Part shown: piece by piece, positions 1-12,386 of the stretch
How positions within the stretch are numbered: the first letter of the stretch is position 1
Layout of the letters: each line of letters begins with the position of its first letter
NCBI GenBank assembly: GCA_963825525.1
Contig: CAWGTN010000001.1
Coordinates: 128,001 to 192,000 of the forward strand
Direction: 5' to 3'
DNA from: an uncultured Chloroflexia bacterium
GTDB lineage: Bacteria > Chloroflexota > Limnocylindria > QHBO01
DNA: 64,000 bases
The notes under the pieces: generated by a model
The model's input: the letters and a program-made list of their open reading frames with translations, nothing else
Database searches by the model: none
Told to the model about the DNA's origin: nothing
Made by a program: the position numbers and the translations under genes

Positions 1-1335
1 CCGTGCGATGCCTGCGCCGCCTGCACGTCGATTCGCGATGGCCGTGCCCTCGACGTCATCGAGATCGACGCCGCCAGCCACGGCCTGGTCGAGGACGCGC
101 GTGACCTCGTCATGCGTGCGCTCACCGCTCCCAGTGAGCTCCGGCGCCGCGTCTACATCATCGACGAGGTCCACATGCTGAGCACCCATGCGTTCAACGC
201 GCTGCTCAAGGTCATCGAGGAGCCGCCGGACCACGTCGTCTTCATCCTGGCAACCACCGACACCCACAAGGTCCCGGCCACCATCATCAGCCGCACCCAG
301 CGACACGACTTCCGGCGCATGACCGAGCTGACCATCACCGGGAAGCTGCGACGGATCGTCGACGCCGAGAAGGTCGAGGCCGATGACGACGCACTCGACT
401 TGATCGCCCGCCTCGCGGACGGTGGCATGCGCGACGCCGAGTCGCTGCTGGACCAGGTCCTGAGCTTCACGACCGGGCGGCTCTCGGCGACCGAGGTCCG
501 CGAAGCCGTGGGGCTGGCCGACGACGCGGTCATCGCCGCCCTCGTTGACGCCTACGTCGCCGCCGACGTGCCCGCCGCCCTCGATCGGGTGGCCGAGATG
601 GCTGACGCGGGCCGTGACATGGCGCAGGTCGCGTCCCAGGCGGAGGGGGAGGCTCGCCGTCGCCTGCTGGCGTCGGCATCGGATCCCGGAGCGGCTCGAC
701 GCCTTGCCACGATTCTTCGAACCCTGGCCGAGGCTGCCGGCGCCGGCGCGCGCGAAGGCCGGGCCCGGCTCCTGCTCGAGCTCCTGAGTGTCGAGTCAGT
801 CGAGTCCGATGCCCCGGCTGTCGCCGCACCACGGCCGGCGCCGATCGAAGCGAAGCCCGCTGCACGCGCCGAACCGGCCGTGCGGCGCGAGCCGATCGCC
901 CCGACCCCGGCGGCGGCGGTGCCCGTGCAGCCGGCAACGTCATCGCCGGTCACGGTCGGCGCGGGTGACGTGGGAGAGCTGCGCACCCGATGGGCGGAGG
1001 TGGTGGCACGTGCCACGCCCGTCATCAAGCCCCTGCTCGGTGAGTGCCGCCCGATTGCCCGAGACGGAGCCCGGCTCACCCTCGCGTTTCCGGAGGGCCG
1101 CGACTTCATGCGTTCCCGTATCGCCCAACGCGCTGGCGCGATCGAGGCACTCCTCAACGACATGTTCGGAGGCCCGTTTGCCATCGAATGCGTGGCGAGC
1201 AACCTGGAGCTCGAGCCGCTGACCGTGGAACAGGCCATCGCGCCGGCTGCGGACGATCCGGAGGCCAAGGCGCTGCTTGACGGCGTACTCAAGATCACCG
1301 GGGGAGAGCTCGTCGACGCGCCCGAAGTGCGCTAG
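1..1335 (+). CDS. dnaX: DNA polymerase III subunit gamma/tau (5'-truncated by window edge)
   Basis: Frame 1 is open from base 1 (PCDACAAC...DVIEIDAAS); motifs IIDEVHML, FNALLKVIEEPP, ATIISRTQ, GGMRDAESLLDQ. Confidence 0.97.
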   Translation, partial: PCDACAACTSIRDGRALDVIEIDAASHGLVEDARDLVMRALTAPSELRRRVYIIDEVHMLSTHAFNALLKVIEEPPDHVVFILATTDTHKVPATIISRTQRHDFRRMTELTITGKLRRIVDAEKVEADDDALDLIARLADGGMRDAESLLDQVLSFTTGRLSATEVREAVGLADDAVIAALVDAYVAADVPAALDRVAEMADAGRDMAQVASQAEGEARRRLLASASDPGAARRLATILRTLAEAAGAGAREGRARLLLELLSVESVESDAPAVAAPRPAPIEAKPAARAEPAVRREPIAPTPAAAVPVQPATSSPVTVGAGDVGELRTRWAEVVARATPVIKPLLGECRPIARDGARLTLAFPEGRDFMRSRIAQRAGAIEALLNDMFGGPFAIECVASNLELEPLTVEQAIAPAADDPEAKALLDGVLKITGGELVDAPEVR

Positions 1336-1378
1336 CGGGATCCCGGACCACCACGACACAGAACGAGGACCAGCCTTC

Positions 1379-1705
1379 GTGAACATCGGCCAGATCGCCA
1401 AGATGGCGCAACAGATGCAGACGCAGATGGCTCAGGCGCAGCAGGAGCTTGCCGAGACGACCCTCGAGGCAACCGCAGGCGGTGGTGCCGTGCGAATCGT
1501 CATCACCGGCGCACAGGAGGTGCGCAGCGTGGAGATCGACCCCTCGGCCATCGACCCGGACGAGGCGGAGATGCTCCAGGACCTGGTGCTATCGGCCATG
1601 AACGAGGCGATCAGCCGCAGCAAGGAGCTCGAGCGCGAGCGGATGGGCTCGATCGCCGGCGGCATGGGAATCCCCGGCATGCCGGGCCTGCCCGGCATGG
1701 GCTGA
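1379..1705 (+). CDS. ybaB: YbaB/EbfC family nucleoid-associated protein
   Basis: GTG at 1379 after GAGGA; AQQMQ...AGGGAVRIVITG...MLQDLVLSAMNEA; lies between dnaX and recR. Confidence 0.93.
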   Translation: MNIGQIAKMAQQMQTQMAQAQQELAETTLEATAGGGAVRIVITGAQEVRSVEIDPSAIDPDEAEMLQDLVLSAMNEAISRSKELERERMGSIAGGMGIPGMPGLPGMG

Positions 1706-1712
1706 GGACCGA

Positions 1713-2324
1713 GTGGCCGGGCTCATTGCGCCGGTCGCGCGCCTGATCGAGGAGTTCAGCAAGCTCCCCGGGATCGGGACGAAGACCGCTCAGCGCCTCA
1801 CGTATCACGTGCTGCGCGCCTCGACCGACGATGCGCGCTCGCTGGCGACCGCCCTCGTCTCCATCAAGGAGGACGTGGACTACTGCAGCGTGTGCTCGAA
1901 CATCACCGAGACGGGCGTCGATCCCTGCCTGATCTGTGCCGATCCGCGCCGCGATGCGGCCCATATCTGCGTCGTCGAGGAGCCACTCGACGTGCTGGCA
2001 ATCGAGCGGACCAGCGAGTTCCGGGGGAGGTACCACGTCCTCCACGGCGCCATCAGCCCGATCGACGGCATCGGCCCGGACCGGATCCGCGCGCGTGAGC
2101 TCCTGGCCAGGGTCGCACAGGGCGGGGTGGAGGAGGTCATCCTCGCAACCAACCCGAATCTCGAGGGCGAGGCGACCGCCATGTATCTGGCGGACCTGCT
2201 CCGCGCACACGTCCCGACCATCACCCGGATCGCGCGTGGCCTGCCGGTGGGTGGCGACCTCGAGTACGCCGATGATGTCACCCTCATTCGATCGCTCCAG
2301 GGCCGGCGCAGCGTCGACGGCTGA
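1713..2324 (+). CDS. recR: recombination mediator RecR
   Basis: LPGIGTKTAQRL, C4 zinc finger (CSVC..CLIC), EVILATNPNLEGEATA, RIARGLPVGGDLEYAD. Confidence 0.98.
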   Translation: MAGLIAPVARLIEEFSKLPGIGTKTAQRLTYHVLRASTDDARSLATALVSIKEDVDYCSVCSNITETGVDPCLICADPRRDAAHICVVEEPLDVLAIERTSEFRGRYHVLHGAISPIDGIGPDRIRARELLARVAQGGVEEVILATNPNLEGEATAMYLADLLRAHVPTITRIARGLPVGGDLEYADDVTLIRSLQGRRSVDG

Positions 2325-2340
2325 CGGGTGCATGCCTCGC

Positions 2341-2369
2341 TTGACGGCATGCACCGGGTGACCTATAGT
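2341..2369 (+). promoter_or_regulatory. sigma70-type promoter for 16S rRNA
   Basis: TTGACG(2341-2346)-17 nt-TATAGT(2364-2369), about 270 nt upstream of the 16S. Confidence 0.8.
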
Positions 2370-2641
2370 CCGTCTTCGCGCCGGCGCAAGCCGGTCGATG
2401 TGCCACGAACGGCGGACCACACCTGGACCGTGCAGCGTGACCATCGCGAGTTCACCTCCGGAGTCAATCCAAAGGAGTACTCGAATCGAACGAAGCCGAG
2501 CCCACACGTGGGCAAGGCAACGTGGCTTACCAGCTGAAGAGTGACAGGAATCCACACGAGTCAGCGGGACAACGTCGAACTCTTAACCGGTGGAAAAGCC
2601 TGACCAGATCGTCTGGCGGCAAGGCCACTGGTTTCGTTTTG

Positions 2642-4147
<1,506 letters not shown>

Positions 4148-4326
4148 GGGAGATATGTGGAACCGGTTCGCCGGAACCACGATCCCAGGTCGATCGGCCA
4201 GCTCGCCGCAAGGTCCGATGCTCGAGGGAGCATCGGGTAGTGAGCTGAACCGCCCTCGAAACTACCGACCTGATTCCCGCTGATAACGCGGATTCCTGTC
4301 ACTCTTCAGCAGCGCAAGCCGTGCGC

Positions 4327-4357
4327 GAAGCCGCCCCTCACCGGGCGGCTTCTTCGT
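4327..4357. terminator. hairpin after the 16S, probably a bidirectional terminator
   Basis: Perfect 10-bp stem GAAGCCGCCC/GGGCGGCTTC (4327-4352) with a weak U tail; sits between the convergent 16S and the minus-strand ORF ending at 4382. Confidence 0.6.
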
Positions 4358-4381
4358 GTCCTGGGCTGGACGGGAAGGAGG

Positions 4382-4591
4382 TCAGCCCGGGACGACGTCG
4401 ATCCAGCCCAGCGCGAAGGCGACGAAGAAGCCGACGATCAGGATGACGAAGGCCCAGCCCACCGCCAGCCGCGTGCGCCGTGATGTCGCGCTGCTGCCTC
4501 CGGAGGCCAACGCCCGCATCCGCTCGTCGGCCCGAAAGCCGCCTCTGACAGGATTAGGGTGTGGGTGCTCGGGTCGGTCGTGGTCGAGCAT
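4382..4591 (-). CDS. small single-pass membrane protein, 69 aa, hypothetical
   Basis: GGAG RBS about 10 nt upstream; C-terminal hydrophobic helix; resembles the neighbouring ORF. Confidence 0.7.
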   Translation of the reverse strand: MLDHDRPEHPHPNPVRGGFRADERMRALASGGSSATSRRTRLAVGWAFVILIVGFFVAFALGWIDVVPG

Positions 4592-4612
4592 GATGGACTA
4601 GCTCCAGAGTGA

Positions 4613-4837
4613 TCAGGCGTTGAAGCCGGGCACCGAGATGACGCCGAGCCATCCCAGCAGCGCGTAGACGATGAGGGCCACAGCAGCGAGGCCAATGATC
4701 CAGCCCGTGGCTCTCCGGGAGCCGGAGCTGATCTCCCGTCCGTAGGGCCGATCGGCGCGCTCCGCACGCTCTGCGCGGCGGGCCTCGGTCTCCGACCAGT
4801 CGTTCGGTGTCATGCCGGTTCCCGGGTTGAACCCCAT
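4613..4837 (-). CDS. small single-pass membrane protein, 74 aa, hypothetical
   Basis: ATG at 4837 with GGAGG RBS 7 nt upstream; C-terminal hydrophobic helix ending LGWLGVISVPGFNA. Confidence 0.75.
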   Translation of the reverse strand: MGFNPGTGMTPNDWSETEARRAERAERADRPYGREISSGSRRATGWIIGLAAVALIVYALLGWLGVISVPGFNA

Positions 4838-4888
4838 GGCGCGGCCTCCAATGCGTCGACCCACGCTAGCAGGCGTCACAAGCTCCAG

Positions 4889-4918
4889 TTGCGGACGCAG
4901 CTCGGCGGCTGCTACGAT
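4889..4918 (+). promoter_or_regulatory. promoter for tRNA-Ile and downstream genes
   Basis: TTGCGG-18 nt-TACGAT with extended -10 TG; tRNA starts 14 nt after the -10. Confidence 0.6.
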
Positions 4919-4931
4919 GCCGCCTCCCGAG

Positions 4932-5008
4932 GGGCGTTTAGCTCAGCTGGTTAGAGCACTGCCCTGATAAGGCAGAGGTCTCTGGTTCGAGTCCAGAAAC
5001 GCCCACCA
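4932..5008 (+). tRNA. tRNA-Ile (GAT)
   Basis: Acceptor GGGCGTT/AACGCCC, anticodon arm CTGCC-CTGATAA-GGCAG, TTCGAGT T-loop, encoded CCA. Confidence 0.98.
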
Positions 5009-5036
5009 CCTCACCTCCCTCGACCCATGGAGCGCC

Positions 5037-5837
5037 GTGTCCTCGATGCCGCAGGAGCCCGCGCCAAGCACCGAGGATCGCCCGATGGGGGTCCTGGGCG
5101 AACCGAACGAGGACCGGGAGCTCCACGCGTCGATCGGCGGGGTCGTGTACGCCCGCCACCCCACGCGAACCCACCTGGTCACGGCCGATGACGACGCCGC
5201 CGTGGTCGTCCAGCGCTACGTCGGCGACCTGGGCAGCGATGTCCGGTTGGTGGCGATCAGCGAGCGGATGGTGGCCATCACCCAGGGACGCTCCTATCCG
5301 ATCCGCGACATCACCCCGAGCCCGCTCGCGCGGCTCCTCGAGCGCTTCGTGACGCGTCCCGGCTACGGGATCGGCCTCGGTTCGGCCGAGACCATGGAGC
5401 TCGCGATCCGCGAGGTCGGGGCGCCGCGCATCCTGCTGGCCGCGGGGCTGTCGGCCGTGACCAAGCCGTTCGGGGTGCACGGCATCTTCTACCGCGTCGC
5501 CGGCGCGCAGGCGAAGGCCATCGACGGCCCGACCAGCTACACGATTCCGCCGTACAACGATGCCGCCACGCTCGGTCCGAAGGACCCCGACGGCGCCGCG
5601 CGACAGATCGCTGCCGTACTCGACGCGCCGGTCGCGATCATCGACGCCAACGATGCGGGCTGCGCGGTGCTGGGTGCCAGCCCGGGTGTGGATCGGCGCT
5701 TCGTCGAGCGCCTGTTTGCGGACAACCCCCTGGGCCAGGCGCGCGAGCAGACGCCGATCTGCGTGGTGCGCGAGGTCGCCTGGCCGGCGGGACAGGCGCT
5801 CCCGCCCGAGCCGAAGCGACGGCTGACGCCACCCTGA
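5037..5837 (+). CDS. CofE-like (F420-0:gamma-glutamyl ligase family) protein
   Basis: GGAG RBS before GTG; motifs AISERMVAITQGR, AIDGP, VAIIDAND, DNPLGQAREQTPI recalled from this family. Confidence 0.7.
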   Translation: MSSMPQEPAPSTEDRPMGVLGEPNEDRELHASIGGVVYARHPTRTHLVTADDDAAVVVQRYVGDLGSDVRLVAISERMVAITQGRSYPIRDITPSPLARLLERFVTRPGYGIGLGSAETMELAIREVGAPRILLAAGLSAVTKPFGVHGIFYRVAGAQAKAIDGPTSYTIPPYNDAATLGPKDPDGAARQIAAVLDAPVAIIDANDAGCAVLGASPGVDRRFVERLFADNPLGQAREQTPICVVREVAWPAGQALPPEPKRRLTPP

Positions 5838-5844
5838 CCCCGGC

Positions 5845-6702
5845 GTGAGCGATCGGGAGTTCATTCTCACCCTGTCCTGCCCGGACCGTCGGGGCATCGT
5901 GCTTGCCGTGGCGCGGGCCATCGCCGACGGCGGTGGCAACATCCTGGACAGCCAGCAGTTCGGCGACCCGGACGCCTCCGTGTTCTTCATGCGCGTCCAC
6001 TTCGCCGATGAGGCCGCGGGCGACATCGATGCCTGGCGCGCCACATTTGGCGACCTCTCCGCCGACGGCGCGTGGCGCTGGGAGCTCCACGATGCACGGC
6101 ACCGGCAGCGGATGCTCATCGCGGTGTCGCGCGAGGGGCACTGCGTCAACGACCTGCTCTACCGGTGGCAGAGCGGCGCCATCGCGGCCGAGGTGGTGGG
6201 CGTCGTGTCGACGTCGCGAGACTTCGAGGCCCTGGCCGCCGGGTATGGCGTCAGCCATTTCGTGCTGCCGGACGGAGCGGCCGGCCCCGAGGCCCGCGAC
6301 AACGCGATCCTGGAGCTGGTGGCGGAGCACAACGTGGAGCGTGGTCGTACTCGCTCGATACATGCAGCATCCTCGGAGCGCGAGCATGCGCCGAGCTCGC
6401 CGGTCGCGCCATCAACATCCACCACTCGTTCCTGCCCTCGTTCAAGGGCGCGCGGCCCGTATGCCCAGGCCCACCAGCGAGGCGTAAAGCTCATCGGGGC
6501 GACGGCCCACTACGTCACGGAGGTTCTCGACGAGGGCCCGATCATCGAACAGGAGGTCGCCCGAGTCGACCATGCGCACAGCGTCGCCGAGCTGGCTCGC
6601 GTCGGGCGCGATGTGGAGTGCGTCGCGCTGGCGCGCGCCGTGCGCTGGCACCTCGAGCATCGGGTACTTCTGCACGGCGATCGGACGGTCGTCTTCCGGT
6701 AG
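5845..6702 (+). CDS. purU: formyltetrahydrofolate deformylase (three compensating +1 insertions at ~6340-6460)
   Basis: ACT N-terminus LSCPDRRGIV; LVVLARYMQ and INIHHSFLPSFKGARPY appear in shifted frames; GVKLIGATAHYVTEVLDEGPIIEQ. Confidence 0.95.
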   Translation: MSDREFILTLSCPDRRGIVLAVARAIADGGGNILDSQQFGDPDASVFFMRVHFADEAAGDIDAWRATFGDLSADGAWRWELHDARHRQRMLIAVSREGHCVNDLLYRWQSGAIAAEVVGVVSTSRDFEALAAGYGVSHFVLPDGAAGPEARDNAILELVAEHNVERGRTRSIHAASSEREHAPSSPVAPSTSTTRSCPRSRARGPYAQAHQRGVKLIGATAHYVTEVLDEGPIIEQEVARVDHAHSVAELARVGRDVECVALARAVRWHLEHRVLLHGDRTVVFR

Positions 6703-6707
6703 TGGCT

Positions 6708-6736
6708 TTGACCCGGTGGCCGACGCCGGATACGAT
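6708..6736 (+). promoter_or_regulatory. promoter for tRNA-Ala
   Basis: TTGACC-17 nt-TACGAT, directly after the purU stop and 12 nt before the tRNA. Confidence 0.75.
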
Positions 6737-6747
6737 GCGCTGGCCGT

Positions 6748-6823
6748 GGGGATGTAGCTCAGCTGGGAGAGCACCTCCTTTGCAAGGAGGGGGTCAGGGG
6801 TTCGAGTCCCCTCATCTCCACCA
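6748..6823 (+). tRNA. tRNA-Ala (TGC)
   Basis: GGGGATG/CATCTCC acceptor with G3:U70, anticodon loop TTTGCAA, encoded CCA. Confidence 0.98.
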
Positions 6824-6858
6824 CGTTTCATCGGGCTGCCGGGCTACATCGAGGCGTG

Positions 6859-6887
6859 TTGACCGGCTTCCGGCGGGGTGATACAGT
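6859..6887 (+). promoter_or_regulatory. promoter for 23S-5S rRNA
   Basis: TTGACC-17 nt-TACAGT with extended -10 TG, about 335 nt upstream of the 23S. Confidence 0.75.
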
Positions 6888-7222
6888 AACTCGGCTCTCG
6901 CGGGGAGACCACTGCAGGTCCTCCTCGCGTTCGTTGTGACAAGCCCACATGAAATGGTCTTCTGACCGCTGCGCGCGACCCTCGTGGCGCCCATCGGTCA
7001 GCGGATACATCGCTGACGCCGTGACGGATTCCGTCGCCAGGCGTCGACCGGACGGCCAAGTGTCGACCGGCGGGCCCGTCGAACGAACCGGCATGGCGAG
7101 CGCCCAACGCGGGCGCGCGACCTTATCAATCGAAGATTGGAAGCATCGATTTCGTCGAGGAGATTCCGACGCGACCGCATCGTGGCGACGGCCAGCACCG
7201 TGCTAGCCGCGTGAGCGTTGTA

Positions 7223-10297
<3,075 letters not shown>

Positions 10298-10425
10298 TAG
10301 TTCACGCGACTAGCACGCTGCTGGATCGCGTTCGGAAGGGCGGTGAACACCGCCCGATCCACGATGATTCGTTGCTTCCATTCTTCGACGCACCCGTGCG
10401 GGTGAGGTCGACATTTGAAGATTTG

Positions 10426-10543
<118 letters not shown>

Positions 10544-10555
10544 TAATTCATACGT

Positions 10556-10586
10556 CAGCCCCGTCGGTTCTGCCGGCGGGGCTGTT
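10556..10586 (+). terminator. intrinsic terminator after 5S
   Basis: 12-bp stem CAGCCCCGTCGG/CCGGCGGGGCTG followed by TT. Confidence 0.65.
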
Positions 10587-10601
10587 GGTATCCTGCGGAC
10601 C

Positions 10602-11321
10602 GTGGATCGCATCTGCCCGCTGCTCGGGCTCCAGGGAAATCCTCGAACCGCCATCGACGGCGTGGATGCGGCGCATCGGTGCCATGCCGACGAGCCACCG
10701 AGCACGCTCGATCGGCAGATGCAGGCTCGGCTCTGTCTGACCTCGGCGCACGAACGGTGTGAACGCTACCTGGCGCATCTCGCGAGGACCGGTGGGCGGG
10801 CGGTGGTTGTCGAGGGCCTCACCTCCACCCGCCTGGTGATGGCGCCGGACCCGGCATGGCGGGGCATCGCTGGGCGCGCCCGCCGCGCTCCTCGCGGTCC
10901 CCTGGTGGCCATCGGGGTGGCCGGCGCGGCGCTTACGATCGGCGGGGTCGCCGTTGCGAGCGGAATGGTCGGACCGCTGGGCGGACCGGGGGCCTCTCCA
11001 TCGAGCCGCCCGGTGGAGAGCGCGGCCGAGACGCCGATGCCTTCCCGAGAGCCGTCCCCATCACCATCGCCGTCACCAACGGCCACCGACGTTCCGACTC
11101 CCAGCCCGTCGCCATCGGCCCCGCCGACCCCAACGGTGGCTCCCACCCCGGTGCCGACGGTCGCACCCACTGCCGCCGCGCGTCAGTACGTGGTGCAGCA
11201 AGGGGATACGTTGGCAGCGATCGCGGATCGGTTCGGGACGACCGTGTCGGTGCTGCAGGATCTCAACGGGATCGAAGACCCGAATGAGATCGTGATCGGT
11301 CAGGTGCTGCGGCTGCCGTGA
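10602..11321 (+). CDS. membrane-anchored LysM protein with N-terminal Cys/His-rich domain
   Basis: GTG at 10602; CPLLG..HRCH..CL..HERC, one TM helix, P/S/T linker, C-terminal LysM YVVQQGDTLAAIADRFG. Confidence 0.85.
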   Translation: MDRICPLLGLQGNPRTAIDGVDAAHRCHADEPPSTLDRQMQARLCLTSAHERCERYLAHLARTGGRAVVVEGLTSTRLVMAPDPAWRGIAGRARRAPRGPLVAIGVAGAALTIGGVAVASGMVGPLGGPGASPSSRPVESAAETPMPSREPSPSPSPSPTATDVPTPSPSPSAPPTPTVAPTPVPTVAPTAAARQYVVQQGDTLAAIADRFGTTVSVLQDLNGIEDPNEIVIGQVLRLP

Positions 11322-11341
11322 TCGGCTCCTGACCGGGTCGC

Positions 11342-12161
11342 CTACATCGGCGGCTGGCAGGTGCGACAGAAGGTGGTGGCCTCGCGACCACCAATCTGGC
11401 GGAGCTCGCGGCCGCAGCGAGGGCATGGCTGGCCACCCTTGAGATGAACCTGCAGGAACTCCCGGTGCTGCGTCTGGATGTCAGGTGGCACGAGGTCGCG
11501 CAGGCGGGTGATGGCATCGGCCAGCACGCGTCGCATCGCGTGATACAGGGCATCCACCTGGTCAGACGTGATGCTGCTCCGCCGCCGGAAGGGCGCCAGT
11601 CCGGCCTCCCAAAGGATCTCGTCGCTGTAGGCATTTCCGATCCCGGCCACGAAGCGACTGTTGCGAAGCAGCGGCTTGAGCTCACCGGGGTGGCGACGAA
11701 TGCGCGCTCGGAACGCCTCGAGGGTCAGCTCGGGATCGTCCGCGTCCGGACCCATCTCTGCCCAGCCCGGAATGTCGTCCAGCCGGTCGGCCGGCACGAG
11801 GTACAGCTTGCCGAGCATCTCTCGATCGACGTAGCGAAGGTCGTTTCCGTCGGTCGAGTCGCAGGCGGAGCCCGGTTCGAGCCCGAACCCTGTCGGCGGT
11901 CGGCACCAGCCAGAATCGCCCGGCGAGCATCGCGTTGGCCGCCAGGATCCGATCGTCGCCATCTGCCAGGCTGAATGGGATCAGGAGGAACTTGCCGCGA
12001 CGACGGGTCTCGCCGATGGCGGCGCCCGCCAGTCGCGCAAGCTCGACGGGCGTGGCACGCACCAGGATCGCGGTGGGAGCCGACGCATCGATTACGCGTC
12101 GACCGGCGACACGGCGGGCGAGCTCCTCGGCAACGACCGTGAGATCGGGCAGCTCAGGCAT
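11342..12161 (-). CDS. Fpg/Nei family DNA glycosylase (one +1 frameshift ~11852)
   Basis: N-terminal MPELP, RRGKFL, H2TH motif VAGIGNAYSDEIL, C-terminal zinc finger CPRC..CRTCQ. Confidence 0.92.
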
Positions 12162-12386
12162 CGGAAGGGGATGGCATTGACCGTATGGTATGCTCCCCCG
12201 GCCGTGTGGCAGACAACCCCATAGTCGCGCGCGAGCGCGTCAGATCGTCGGCATGCGTAAAGGAGCACCGAGTCGTTTCATTTGAGACACCAGGACGCAC
12301 CTCAATGCATCGGCCGGTGATGGACGCCCTCCGCGGAGGGCGTCATCTGTTGTCACGGACATCATTGACAGGAGCGTATTGATCAC

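Noticed and set aside
780-1000. Programmed gamma/tau frameshift in dnaX
   Set aside because: No A-AAA-AAG or long A run is present; only a Pro/Ala linker.
4932-6823. Integrative element between tRNA-Ile and tRNA-Ala
   Set aside because: No integrase, no duplicated tRNA 3' end, and codon usage matches the host.
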